DNA from: Mobula hypostoma
Lineage: Eukaryota
DNA: 64,000 bases
Assembly: GCF_963921235.1 (NCBI RefSeq)
Contig: NC_086108.1
Span: 110,300,001 to 110,364,000, forward strand
Direction of reading: 5' to 3'
Part shown: piece after piece, positions 1 through 11,696 of the stretch
Position numbering within the stretch: position 1 is the stretch's first letter
Layout: each line of letters begins with the position of its first letter
Program-made: the position numbers and the translations under genes
The notes under the pieces: generated by a model
Database searches by the model: none
What the model was told of the DNA's origin: nothing
Seen by the model: only the letters and a program-made list of their open reading frames with translations

Positions 1-441
1 ACCAACCAATTAGATCTTGAGCTGTTTCCTTCCTGGGGACTGCCTTTTAAAGTTGCATTATTGTGTTAGTATAGAATAAACGTCACATCCCCCTAGAGTA
101 AAATATCGTGGAGGAGGGTGTCTGACTTAATCTGGTAGTTATGTTGGGCACCTGCTTGGTTTCATGCCATAACAAAATAGTCAAAACATAACCACTATGT
201 ATAGCTGCTACAGTGAACAGTAAAAACTGTCTAGTGATCACTTCTGAACACCCTGCTACCACCCAGTACACATTATTTATGACAACATTATATATATATA
301 TATGTGTATATTTATAAAGTATATTTAATTATATATTGTATATGCACTTTATGTCAACTTGTATATCTACAGAATACTTTTTACTCTGTTAATATTATTC
401 ATATTATTTTCTGTACTGTATTTTGCTTTTTGGTCCTGGAG

Positions 442-521
442 CAGGAGTTCCCAGCCTTTTTTATGCTATGGGCCAATACCATTAAGCAAGGTGTCTATGG
501 AGTCCAGGTTGGGAACCCCTA
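442..521. mobile_element. ~80-bp hAT/Charlie-like MITE
   Basis: Imperfect terminal inverted repeats CAGGAGTTCCCAGCC ... GGTTGGGAACCCCT interrupting another repeat. Confidence 0.55.
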
Positions 522-1569
522 TAGAGGAACATGGTTTCATTTAGCTGTATACATGTGTAGAGCTGAATGACAATAAATTTGAACTTGATTTATCTCCTGG
601 TAAACAAAGATGTAGTTTGTTGTATTCACTAACATTGCAATTGGACTCAGAGAGATCGAAACTGGCCCATTCAGCCACCATATCCTTGCCAACCATCCTG
701 TATCTATTTACTCCATACTAATCCCATTTGATCTATAGCTACCTACTCCATGGTATGTCTGGTGCTATCGATATATTGCAGCTGGGTAAATGGTTGCTCA
801 GTGAACAGTGCAAAACTTCACATTTAGATTCAATGGAAGTGTAGCTCCTGTTGAAAATGGCTTAGCTACAATCATCATAACAATGGTATATGATCTTGTT
901 AACTACAGATGTTGGAAATGTAAAAGAAAGAGTTCAAGTTTATTGTCATCTAACTGTACATGTATGCAACCAAACAAAACAATACCCTTCAGAACCAGGG
1001 TGCACCCATAACACACACATCACACACAGCAGGTAAAACAAAATATTATCACAAATAAATTAATAAAAGATAATTCAAACTGTAACTAGTGCACAGCTTG
1101 CTGTCCAAGTGCCAAGGGTATTTATTAGTCTCAGCCTGAGGAAAGAAGCTGTTACCCAGTGTGGGAGTCCTAGTCCTGATGTTCCTGTACCTCCTCACTG
1201 AGGGTTGTGGGTCAAAGAGATTATGGGATAGGTAGTAGGGGTGCTTTGGCCCCTTTGTTTACAATGCTCCTGGTAGATATTGCAAATAATGGGAGGGAGA
1301 CACTGAAGATCCTCAATGGTTTTTACTATCCTCTTGTGGGAAAAATGCTAGTTAGGTTAATTAATGTATGGGAGAAATTCTTCCCTGGATTTTGATGGTA
1401 AGCACTTCAGTACTAATCATAGAATCCTAGAAACGGACCCTTGGGCTAGATTGTCCATGTTGACTGAGATGCCCATCTAAGTTAATCCTGCCTTTTGACT
1501 ATATGCCTCTCGCCCCTTTCAGCTGATGTACCTTTTAAATGTTATTGTACCTGCTTCCACCGCATGTTA

Positions 1570-1987
1570 TGGCAGCATCCATCGTCAAGGACTCCTGCCA
1601 TCCGGGCCATGCTCTCCCTGTTGCTGCAGAGGAACCTCAGGACTGACCCATAGCACCAGGTTGAGGAACAGTTATTACCCCTCAATCATCAGAACCAGTG
1701 TGGATAAATCCACTCACCTGAACAGTGAACTGACCTTTGAACAAAACCAATGGGCTCACTTTCAGGGTCTCGGCACTCATGTTGTCAATATTTATTACTT
1801 ACATTTATTATTGTTTATTTGTATTTGCCGAATTTGTTGCCTTTTGGTTGTCTGTCTGCCTTGGTGTGAAAATTTTCATTAAATCTGTTGTGCTTCTTTG
1901 TATTTATTGTGAATGCCTGCAAGAAAATGAATCTCATGGTAGTATGACATATATGTACTTAAGATAATAAAATTACTTTAAACTTTG
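1570..1987 (+). mobile_element. Rex1/Babar-type LINE 3' fragment, representative of many copies (e.g. ~3193-3550 -, 5088-6530 +, 23700-24165 +, 28575-28860 -, 32390-33590 +, 39995-40430 -, 42250-42480 +, 56280-56655 +)
   Basis: Residual 'HSTRLRNSYYPSIIR' C-terminal motif and recurrent tail aagaaaatgaatctcagggttgtatatggtgacat...aataaatttactttgaacttt. Confidence 0.6.
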
Positions 1988-2749
1988 TATACCTATCACC
2001 CTATGGGTGACGATGTTGTCTGTTAGATCCCATTTCAGGTCCTTCCCACCTGAGTCCTCCTTGACTATTCAGCAAGCACTCCTTTCTGTAAACACCATTA
2101 TTTTTATATCCCTTCATTCGTTTTATTATTGAAAGATTCAAAGTACGTATACAACCCTGAGATTCATCTTTCCGCAGGCAGCTATGAAACAAACACAGTG
2201 GAGCCTGTTCAAAGAAAAAAAAGCATCAAACACCCAACATGCAAAACAAAAAGACCAAATTGCGCAAACGGCAAAAAAAAAATGAGCAAATAATACACAG
2301 AATATTGAACGTCAAACAGCAGAGTCCTTGAAACAGTCTAGGAATATTCAGTTTAGTTCAGTTCAGTTCTATTTAGCTCATTGCCATCATTCATTGACTG
2401 TAGCCGCAGAACCAGTCTGTCCCAATCAAAATTGCACAAAATAGCAATAGAAAAGGGGAATAACCAGAAACATATAATATGAACTGCAGAGTCCTCTTAA
2501 AAACAAGCCCCATCCACAAACCCTGTCAATCAAACCTTGCCCAATACCCAAGATTCCTGCATCTTCCTTCCTCGGCAGCAGTAAGGGAGAGGGCAACCTG
2601 CAGTTTCTCCCCACCTGCATTGCACCCCTGTGTTTTCTGGTTACTTTGACCCTCACTCTGTTCAAATCTATGCATCCTCCTTATTCCCACAGCCTAATCC
2701 AGCTGAGGTAGTGCAGTAGACGGTCTGAAATTTTTGTCTGAGTTTGGTG

Positions 2750-3062
2750 AAGTAGTGTGGTTCTATTACAACAGCGGCAAATAACGGTCGGGATTCTTGC
2801 CACTACCTGTATGGAATTTGTATATTCTCCCTTTGCCTTCATGGGTTTCTTCTGGGTGCTTCAATTTCTTCTTACATGCCCCAGTTTTCTCCTACATCAT
2901 GTGGGTTAGTGCTAGTAAGTTGTGGGCATGCTATGTTGGTGGCGGAAGAATGGCAATATTTGCGGGCTTGCCTAGTTCAATTTTCACTGATTTGACACAA
3001 GCATTGCATCTCACTCTGTTTCATTGTTACGGTGAACGTGTGATAAATAAAGCTGATCTAAT
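2750..3062 (+). mobile_element. V-SINE (HE1-like) with Rex-type tail
   Basis: V-domain ggaatttgtatattctccc...tgggtttcttctgggtgcttcaatttcttc followed by ...tgtgataaataaagctgatct tail. Confidence 0.6.
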
Positions 3063-3959
3063 CTCATATTTCATCTGTCCCACAGTAAGTTTTTAAATTC
3101 CATTTCAGGTCCTCATGGTAAAGGACTCCTTTTGGTTCCTTTGTGTACTTGATTGATTATTTTTCTTGTAAGAATCACCTTCTACATTTATGAAGTTCAA
3201 AGTAAATTTATTATCAATATACATTTTTTTTTTAACCATCTACTACCTTGAGATTTATTTCCTTGCAGGCATATATAAGAAAAATACAAATACAATAGAA
3301 TTTTCCAATGAAACTATACAAAAGTTCCAAGTAAATTTATTATCAAAGTACATATATGTCACCATGTACAACCCTGAGATTCATTTTCTTGTAAGCATTC
3401 ACAGTAGCTAGAAACCCAATAGAATCAATGAAAAGCTGCACATCACCTAGACTGATAACCAGTTTGCAAAAGGCAAATCCTGCAAATACAAAAGAAAAAA
3501 AAAATCTATAAACAATAAATATCAAGAACATTAGTTGTAGAGTTCTTAAGAGCTTGCACAGATTCCCCATGTCAACTATAAAAGGCTGACTGTGCTGCCT
3601 TAGTAGTCAGTTATTTTTATTTATCATTTAGCACCCTTTGCTGGTAGTTTTGTATAGCAGTCATTTCAGTCATGTGATCTGTGTCTCTAGTTGATGACAT
3701 CAGGTATGCATATTTCCACAAATCAGAGATATTTGAACAGTTTATGTGCAGATAAAATACAGATGGAATATTCATGCAGGCCACATGTTCTGGCTAACCT
3801 GTAGTGAGAAAATGTGCATAAGGTACATTGTATGTAGCAACATCTTGCTTACCAGTAGCCTATTTTTATGATATATTTGGAACTTGTATACAGTATCTTG
3901 TGTATTATTTTGTATCATTTGTGGTACACTTAATACCTGCCTTGTACTTACAATCAAAA

Positions 3960-4163
3960 AACAACACACATCAAAGTTGCTGGTGAACGCAGCAGGCCAG
4001 GCAGCATCTATAGGAAGAGGCGCAGTCGACGTTTCAGACGAAGGGTCTCGGCCTGAAACGTCAACTGCGCCTCTTCCTATAGATGCTGCCTGGCCTGCTG
4101 CGTTCACCAGCAACTTTGATGTGTGTTGCTTGAATTTCCAGCATCTGCAGAATTCCTGTTGTT
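3960..4163. mobile_element. Penelope-like pLTR fold-back insertion with 15-bp TSD
   Basis: 76-bp inverted arms 3962-4037 and 4053-4128; TACTTACAATCAAAA duplicated at 3945-3959 and 4164-4178. Confidence 0.85.
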
Positions 4164-5275
4164 TACTTACAATCAAAAGGTGTCCAAATTCCCATTATGG
4201 TATGTTTTTCTTTCTGTCAGTTTTACCCTGCTGCCAGTTGCTACGTTAATGAAAGTCAACTTGGAACGTCTTTGTCAGTGTAGTAATTGGGGATGAAGTT
4301 CATCTGCCTGTCAATTCATGCAAGAAGTATGACGAGGCCAGGATACTGGCAAACAACCATTGTGCAAAAGAAGACATAAATAGTTACCATCCAGTTTCAT
4401 TGTCTTTTATTACATTTATTATTAGGGGAAGGGGCTTATTTCAACTGCATAAATTCTAGTGCTTGAAGTATATGGCCAAACTGCTATTTTAAATTCATAG
4501 ATATTGAATATTTATTGAATATTTTTCCTTCTGGAATGTAGGTATTAACCCTCTGAAGCCAAGTGAAACAAAAAGAAGTGACAGAAAAATACTCAATTTG
4601 CAACACTACTAAACAACGATTTTCCCCTTATAAAGAACCAGCTTAAAATCTCTATAAACTTGTCTTGTTACTTATTAAGCTCATCCCCAGTATTGAGGCA
4701 TAGGTCTCCAACAGTAATCACCAGGGTCCTTTGTCCTGAGTCAGTCTTTCTCATTGTCTCCAGCTGTAACCTATCTTCTTGGTTCCTCTCCCAAGGATGA
4801 GGTCTTTCAAGCTTCTGTTGATGTTTCTGTTTTTAACGGGCTGGGGTTGCTAGCTCCATGGTCAACTCTCCTATTTTCGCAGCTAGGCTTGGGACTATCC
4901 TTGGTAGACTTACAAAATTGTCTTGTTTCAACCATATTAAATAAGTATGTTTGACAGTTCAAGACTTAAAGCAAGATGTGGTGCAGTTCCTTCCAAATAA
5001 AATAGTGATTGACTTGACCTCCTTATTTAATAGTGTTTACCATGCAGCCCCTCATTAGAGAAACCAAATATATACTGACTGGCTACTTTGCAGTATCCTG
5101 ACTGGTTTTATCACTGCCTACTGTGGAAACACCAATACCCAAAAATGGAAAGGCCTACTAAAATTAGTGGATGCAGTCCAATCTGTTACAGGAAAAACCC
5201 TCCCACGAGTGCATCTACATGGAGTAGTGCCAGCAGAAAGCATCCATCATCAAAGGCAACCACTATCCAGGCCAT

Positions 5276-6150
5276 ACACGATGAAATCTGCAGATGCTGG
5301 AAATTCAAGCAACACACAAAAAAATTGCTGGTGAACGCAGCAGGCCAGGCAGCATCTGTAGGAAGAGGTACAGTCGACGTTTCGGGCCGAGACCCTTTGT
5401 CAGGCCTAACTGAAAGAAGAGATACTAAGAGATATGAAAAGGGGGAGGGGGAGATCCAAAATGATAGGAGAAGAAAGGAAGGAGAGGGATGGAGCTAGAG
5501 CTGGACAGTTGATTGACAATAGGGATACGGGGCTGGAGAAGGGAGAGGATCATGGGACGGGAGGCCTAGGGAGAAATAAAGGGTGGGGGGAGCCCAGAGG
5601 ATGGGCAAGGAATTATAGCGAGAGGGACAGAGGGAGAAAAAAAGGGAAAAGAAAAAAATAATAAATAAATAAGAGATGGGGTACGAAGGGGAGGTGGGGT
5701 ATTAACAGAAGTTAGAGAAATCAATGTTCATGCCATCAGGTTGGAGGCTACTCAGACGGAATATAAGGTGAACGTTGACTTCTCTAACTTATGTTATGTC
5801 CCACCTCCCCTTCGAACCCCAACCCATATTTATTTATTGTTTTTCTTTTCCCTTTTTTTCTCTTTTTTCCTCCCTCTGTCCCTCTCACTATAACTCCTTG
5901 CCCATCCTCTGAGCTTTCTCCCCCCCCCCTTTCTCCCTAGGCCTCCCGTTCCATGATCCTCTCCCTTCTGCAGCCTCATATCCCTTTTGACTTTCCAGCT
6001 CTTAGCTCCATCCCTCCCCCTCCTGTCTTCTCCTATCATTTCGGATCTCCCCCTCCCCCTCCCACTTTCATATCTCTTACTATCTCAAAGGGTCTCGGCC
6101 CGAAAAGTGACTGTACCTCTTCCTAGAGGTGCTGCCTGGCCTGCTGCGTT
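5276..6150. mobile_element. Penelope-like inverted pLTR pair with 15-bp TSD, nested in a Rex/Babar fragment
   Basis: Minus-oriented arm ~5276-5770, plus-oriented arm ~5771-6150; CACTATCCAGGCCAT at 5261-5275 and 6151-6165. Confidence 0.85.
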
Positions 6151-8189
6151 CACTATCCAGGCCATGTTGTCTTCTCATAGCTGCTATTGGGCAGGAGGAA
6201 TAGAAGCCTTGGGTCCCACATCACTAGGTTTGGGACAGTTATTACCCTTCAACCATCAGGCTTCTGAACCAGTGTGGATAACTTCACTCACATCAACACA
6301 ACCTATAGACACACTTTCAATGACTCTATAACTTGTTCTCGGCATTATTTATTTATTTATTGGTTGTGGGGTTTTTGTGTTTGCGCAGTTTGTTCTCTTT
6401 TCCACAGTGGTTGTCAGTCGTGTAGTTTTTCATTGCTTTTACTATATGTCTTTGTTCTACTCTGAATGCCTGCAAGGAAATGAATCTCATAGTCATATGC
6501 GTACATTGATAAATTTACTTTGAACTCTTGGATTTTAAACACTTCTATTCAATTCACAAATGTCAAATCAAATTAAATCAACTTTAATTAACATTTGACC
6601 ATACATAAATACAACTGAATGAAACAGTGTTCCTCTGGAGCCAAGGTGCAAAACATACACAGCATATTCAAAATAGTGAGCAAAAAAGAAAAGCAGTCAC
6701 AGAACAAAAACATCTACAGTCCGAGACCCTGAGCAACATTTCCCACAAATTGTCAATGTAGTCTCCCAGCAGTGCACATATGCACGCAATCTAGCCTGCC
6801 ATGGAAGGGCAGCACCAACAGGAGTGGCCAACCCCCAACCGTGTACACATGCCATGCTGCACAGCCTCTGGCATCTCCTCACCTGGGCTGCAGCAGCTTA
6901 AGGTCCAATCCTCATTACAACAACCAAGGCTACGCAGCTCCTATGCTGCCTGTCTCCCCACCAATTAAGGGAAACAGGTCTGCGGCATCTTGCATTTTCA
7001 ATATCCAACAGAGTCTTGTGATCACAAGAAACCTTCCATGATGATCACCCACAGTTACTCTTCAGTGCCTTTGTGCACCAACTCTGATACCTTCGAGTAG
7101 CAGGCTTCTGAACTCAATCCGGCTCCTCCATGGACACACCGGCCAGCTGCTCTGATCAACAAGCAGCTCATTGATGCAGTAGACCTGCTGTACCCAAAGT
7201 TCTTGGAGTCCAGTATGGTTTTGCAATCATATAAAAAATCATAGAGAAAAACTGCTTTGGTTGTCCCCAAGAGCTGCTGTGTCAGAATGCACCACCACCT
7301 TGCCAGAAGTATGGCTCTGAGTTTGCATTTTGATTGTCACTTCAATGCCCCACTCCCTCTCTGACCTGCCTTTAGCTTCCTACACAATTCTAGCTTAAGG
7401 AATCCTTTTTCTAAGCAAGTTCCAGCATTCTGGACTCAACACTGAACTCAGGCTTGCATAACAAGTTTTTACAGTTTACAGAACTGGATTTCAACTTGTA
7501 ATGTTAATTCTGCTTTTCTGCTAAATGTTTTCATCCTTCCTGTTTTCAGATTCTGAGTAACTGCTGTATTCTGTATCACTCAGATCTCATGTAGATTTTC
7601 CTCTCTGATCTCCTCCCTCTGACAGATGGTGCAGTTTCAAACTTTGACCCTTTCCTAGCTGTAGTCAACACCGCCTGACAATCAGGTTTGATTGTTCTCT
7701 ACCTCTATCCAATCACAGATATCTCCTTTATTAATCCCTCCCCCTTCTCCAAGTCGCACCAAACTAATTTTCAAACCTCTCCACCACCCGCTGCCTCTCA
7801 CTGTGCCTGAAATAGTGATTTCAGCATTTAATTTTACCGCTTATTTCCTACATCTGTATTTTATTTTGCTTTTTATTGGCTAAGAGTTTATAAATAAGGC
7901 ACATGTCTGGCATTCTCCAGCAAGTAATTTGCTGCTCTTTGCTCGGTACTTATGAATTTTAGGTAAATGTCAGTTTGCTTACATATTGGAACAAGTAATT
8001 TAAGCTTGACCTCAGAGTGCAATCTGAAAAGCATGCCTAAAAATGTAGAAGTAAAAAATGTTGAAGCAATCTACTTCCTCAGTACAATTGTCTGGGGTGG
8101 GGGTGAAGAAAATGAAGCCAGACCTAATTTACAAGTGATGTGTAATGTTAGGTGTTCCTGTGGAAGGGCAATGAAGTTAGTCAGCATGA

Positions 8190-8790
8190 AGCCTTTCACT
8201 GGACGGGGTCGACCATGAATGTTATATCTTGGCTGTCTGTGACTTGGTTCATCACTTGGTTCGCCATTCAATAAACGATGCAGGGCAGTGCGATATGAAG
8301 AGCAGGCTTTTGCTCATGTAGCAGGCTCCTCCTCTCCACTCAACCGATGAATCTAGAGAAGTGGCAGAGACCAATACACTAGTGGTGTTGCACAAGAGGA
8401 GGGAGGCATGACATGACATGTCTGACATGTTGGAATGGAAATGGGAATTGGAATTAAAATGTTTGGCTGCCGGGAAGTTCCGCTTTTGGTGGATGGAAAG
8501 GAGGTGCTCAACAAAGTAGTCCCCCAAATTATGATGGGTCTGGCCAACATAGAGGAGATCAGAGTTTTCCTCTCTTCGATGAGCTGCCATCCCGGGCTAA
8601 TGGGCCCCATCTGGCCAGAATGACAGGTATTAGGGTGCCAGTAACCCACATTTGCACCTCCTGTCAGTAGAAGTGGTGCTGCCAGGCTTAGTAACTAAGC
8701 TACACTTGAAGCCAGGAGCTGCACTTGGTTGTCAGATGCTATTTGAGATGCACTCCATTGGGAGCATTGAGTAAATAGCGGGAGTTTATC
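8190..8790 (-). mobile_element. Degenerate RTE-related non-autonomous repeat (second copy ~9635-9897), interrupted by a PLE fragment at ~8400-8545
   Basis: Shared block gagatcagagttttcc(t)tctc..gatgagctgcca in both copies resembles RTE 5' UTR sequence. Confidence 0.4.
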
Positions 8791-11269
8791 CCCACGACGC
8801 CTCCCCCCCATCATCCCAATGATTATTTATTCTATCCCAATCGTTAGCATGCAAGTGCAGCAAATAATTAGGAAGGCAAGTGACTTATTAACCTTTATTG
8901 CTAGGCATATGTACATCAAAATTTACAGCGAGACAAGTAATTTGTATTATATGGCCAACACTGTCCGAGGATGGGCTGGGAGGAGCATGTGTCGTCATAC
9001 TTCTGTCCACAACTTACTCCTGTATGTCTTTGGAATGTGGGAGGAAATCAGAGCCACGCGGAGAGAACCCATGCAGTCATGGAGGGAATGCACAAACTCC
9101 TTACAGACATTGGGGGAAATTGAACCTTGATTCTAACCTGTATACTAACATGCTACCATACAGGGTAAGAGGCCAGTCAATGAAAGCTTCAGATTGGAGA
9201 CATTGAAACTAATTCTCGCTCTCGCTCTCTCACTCTCCCACTCTCCCACACCACAGAAGTTTTCAGACCTGAGTGTCTCTAGCATTCTCTGGTGTTATTT
9301 CAGCATTGTATGTTTGTTTTTGTTTTCCTGTTTAATTCAGGGCTACCTCCGCATATCAAGTTGTTTACTGATGTCAGTAGGAAACTACTTTGGGCAAATA
9401 CTGACTGTGCCTATAGTGAAAGACCAACCATCAGTAGTGTTACTATGATAATAACCGTGCCTGATGCAAGTAAAATATTCCACTGCATTCTTGGTTTACC
9501 ACATGCCCCTTTCATGTTATTTTCCTCAAGGTCCATGGCTCTTGTACGGCCACATGGATAAATTAAAATAGTGAGACTTCAGTAATTTAAATTTTATTGT
9601 ATATTATTCAGTTATAGAGAGGCCCTCAGCTGGGTGAGATCGACTATGGATGTTGTGTCAATGTGACACATCGCCAGGGCAGTACAATATGGAGAACAAG
9701 CTGTTGACCATTCACCAGGCTTCCTCTCTCCGTGTAGCTGATGAAACAGCAGAGACCAATACTTAGGGGCTTGAGCTCCAGATTTTTCCTCCTGAAGACT
9801 TCCTCATGAGTGGGTATAGCTGCAAGGCAGCAGAAGTTTGAGATCAGAGTTTTCCTTCTCCTAGATGAGCTGCCAGTCACAGCTGATAAGCCCCAAGTCC
9901 AATATTCAATAATATCATTACAGAAAAATAGCAGTTGATGGAAGTGTGCTACTCAAATTCTACAAATTCTAAGTTCATGAGTTCATGATAATGCATGATG
10001 AGACGAATTTGTATCCAGCATTTTATCATGCTTTCGGCTTCCATGTTTGTGAAAGGTCTGTGGTTAAGCACAAGTTGTGAGTACAATTGAGATATAAGTG
10101 GTGCTTCTTTGTGTAATGAAAACAAGTCAAAGCTTTTTTTTCTCCAATTTGCATTTAAGTAGTCACACCAGTGTTATTTCATCAGGATCTTTGGGACTTA
10201 ATCATTTCTTTTGAAGCAATATTATGAATTATTTTTTACATTGCATAGCTTGTTAACACTATGTATATTCTTTCTAGCTCTCTAATTGATGTTAGCGGGT
10301 TTTTGTTCTTCTCCACTTAACTTTCACACAGAGCAAAAGCCAATTGGATTAATTATTCTTCAACTTTTAAGATGAGTAATATAAATACTGATAGAACAAG
10401 TTACAGAGTTCCTCTGCAGATAATTATTCACATTTTAAACTTTTGGTCGCATGATGAATTGACTTATGGCTAATGCACATATTACCCATAACATAGCAGA
10501 AGAATTAAGCCATTTGGCCCATCAAGTCTTGATGAGATTTCTTCCCCCAGAGTGGTAATGGCTTATACCGAGGTTATAATTTTAAGGTAATTGGAGAAAC
10601 GTATTTGGGGGATGTCAGAGGTTCTTTTTCACAGTGGTGGGTGCATGAAACAGCTTGCCAGGGATGGTGGTCATTTAAGAAACTCCTAGTCAATCACGTA
10701 GGTGATAGAAAAATGAAGGGCTATATAGGCGGGAAGGAGTCAATTGATTGTAGAGTAGGTTAAAAGGTTGGCACCCAAGAGTGAACCAAAGACTTTTGTG
10801 CCTAAGACTTGCCCAGTACTGTATATCGTAAGTTTGCTCTGCCATGCGATTATAGCTAATTTGTTTCCTCTTGGCCCAGTTCTCCTGCCTTCTCCCCATA
10901 ACCTCTAACTAATCAAGATCTGATTTGGTATGAAAATATTTTGATCAGTTTTTCAATATTTTTGATACTCTTAACAACTCTGGCATACTAAATAATTAAA
11001 GGAATTGCTGTGTACAGATGTTAATTACTGTCCAGGTTACTCTGATAGTATCTCTACCAGTAACAAGACCAAGGGCTTCAAAGGCTTCACAACTCTACAA
11101 GTTCTTAGTCCCTGTTGTCACTCCTTAACCATCGCTAGACCTGAATCCTGCTCAACAGTGTTGTTGCAAGTATCCAGACCAGAAGGAATGAAGAGAAGGT
11201 TTGCTTCTCACTATCTTCTCCTGGACAATAAAAGCTGGCTTCACCACTGGTGCCCAACTCCCAGAACAA

Positions 11270-11696
11270 ATTAAAGAACATTTGAGGCTTTATAAGGCAT
11301 TGGTCAGACCACAATTGGAGCATTGTGAACAGTTTTGGGCCCCTTATCTAAGAAAGGATGTGTTAGCATTGGAGAGTAACCAGAGGAGCTTCACAGGTAT
11401 GATACAGGAATGAAAAGGTTAACTTGCGAAGATGGCTGTAGGCCTGTACTTGCTGGAGTTTAGAAAAATAAAGGGGGATCTTACTGAAACCTATCAAATA
11501 TTGAAAGGCTGAAATAGAGTGGATGTAGAAAAAAGTGTTTTCTATAGTGGAGGAGTCTGGGACCAGAGGGGTACAGCCTTAGAATGCAAGGGCATCCATT
11601 TAGAATAGAGATGATGGGGAAATTCTTTGGTCAGAGGGTGGCGAATCTGTGGAATGTAAGCCACAGATGGCTGTGGAGGACAAGTCTTTGGATTAA
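11270..11696 (+). mobile_element. CR1 LINE ORF2 3' fragment
   Basis: LRLYKALVRPQLEHCEQFWAPYLRKD motif. Confidence 0.8.

Noticed and set aside
3109..3117. ttcag|GTCCTCATG|gtaaag 9-nt microexon-like pattern
   Set aside because: Sits between two repeats, has no homology support, and such patterns are expected by chance in 64 kb
3772..4249. Overlapping ORFs on both strands with near-identical peptides
   Set aside because: Artefact of the PLE palindrome, not genes
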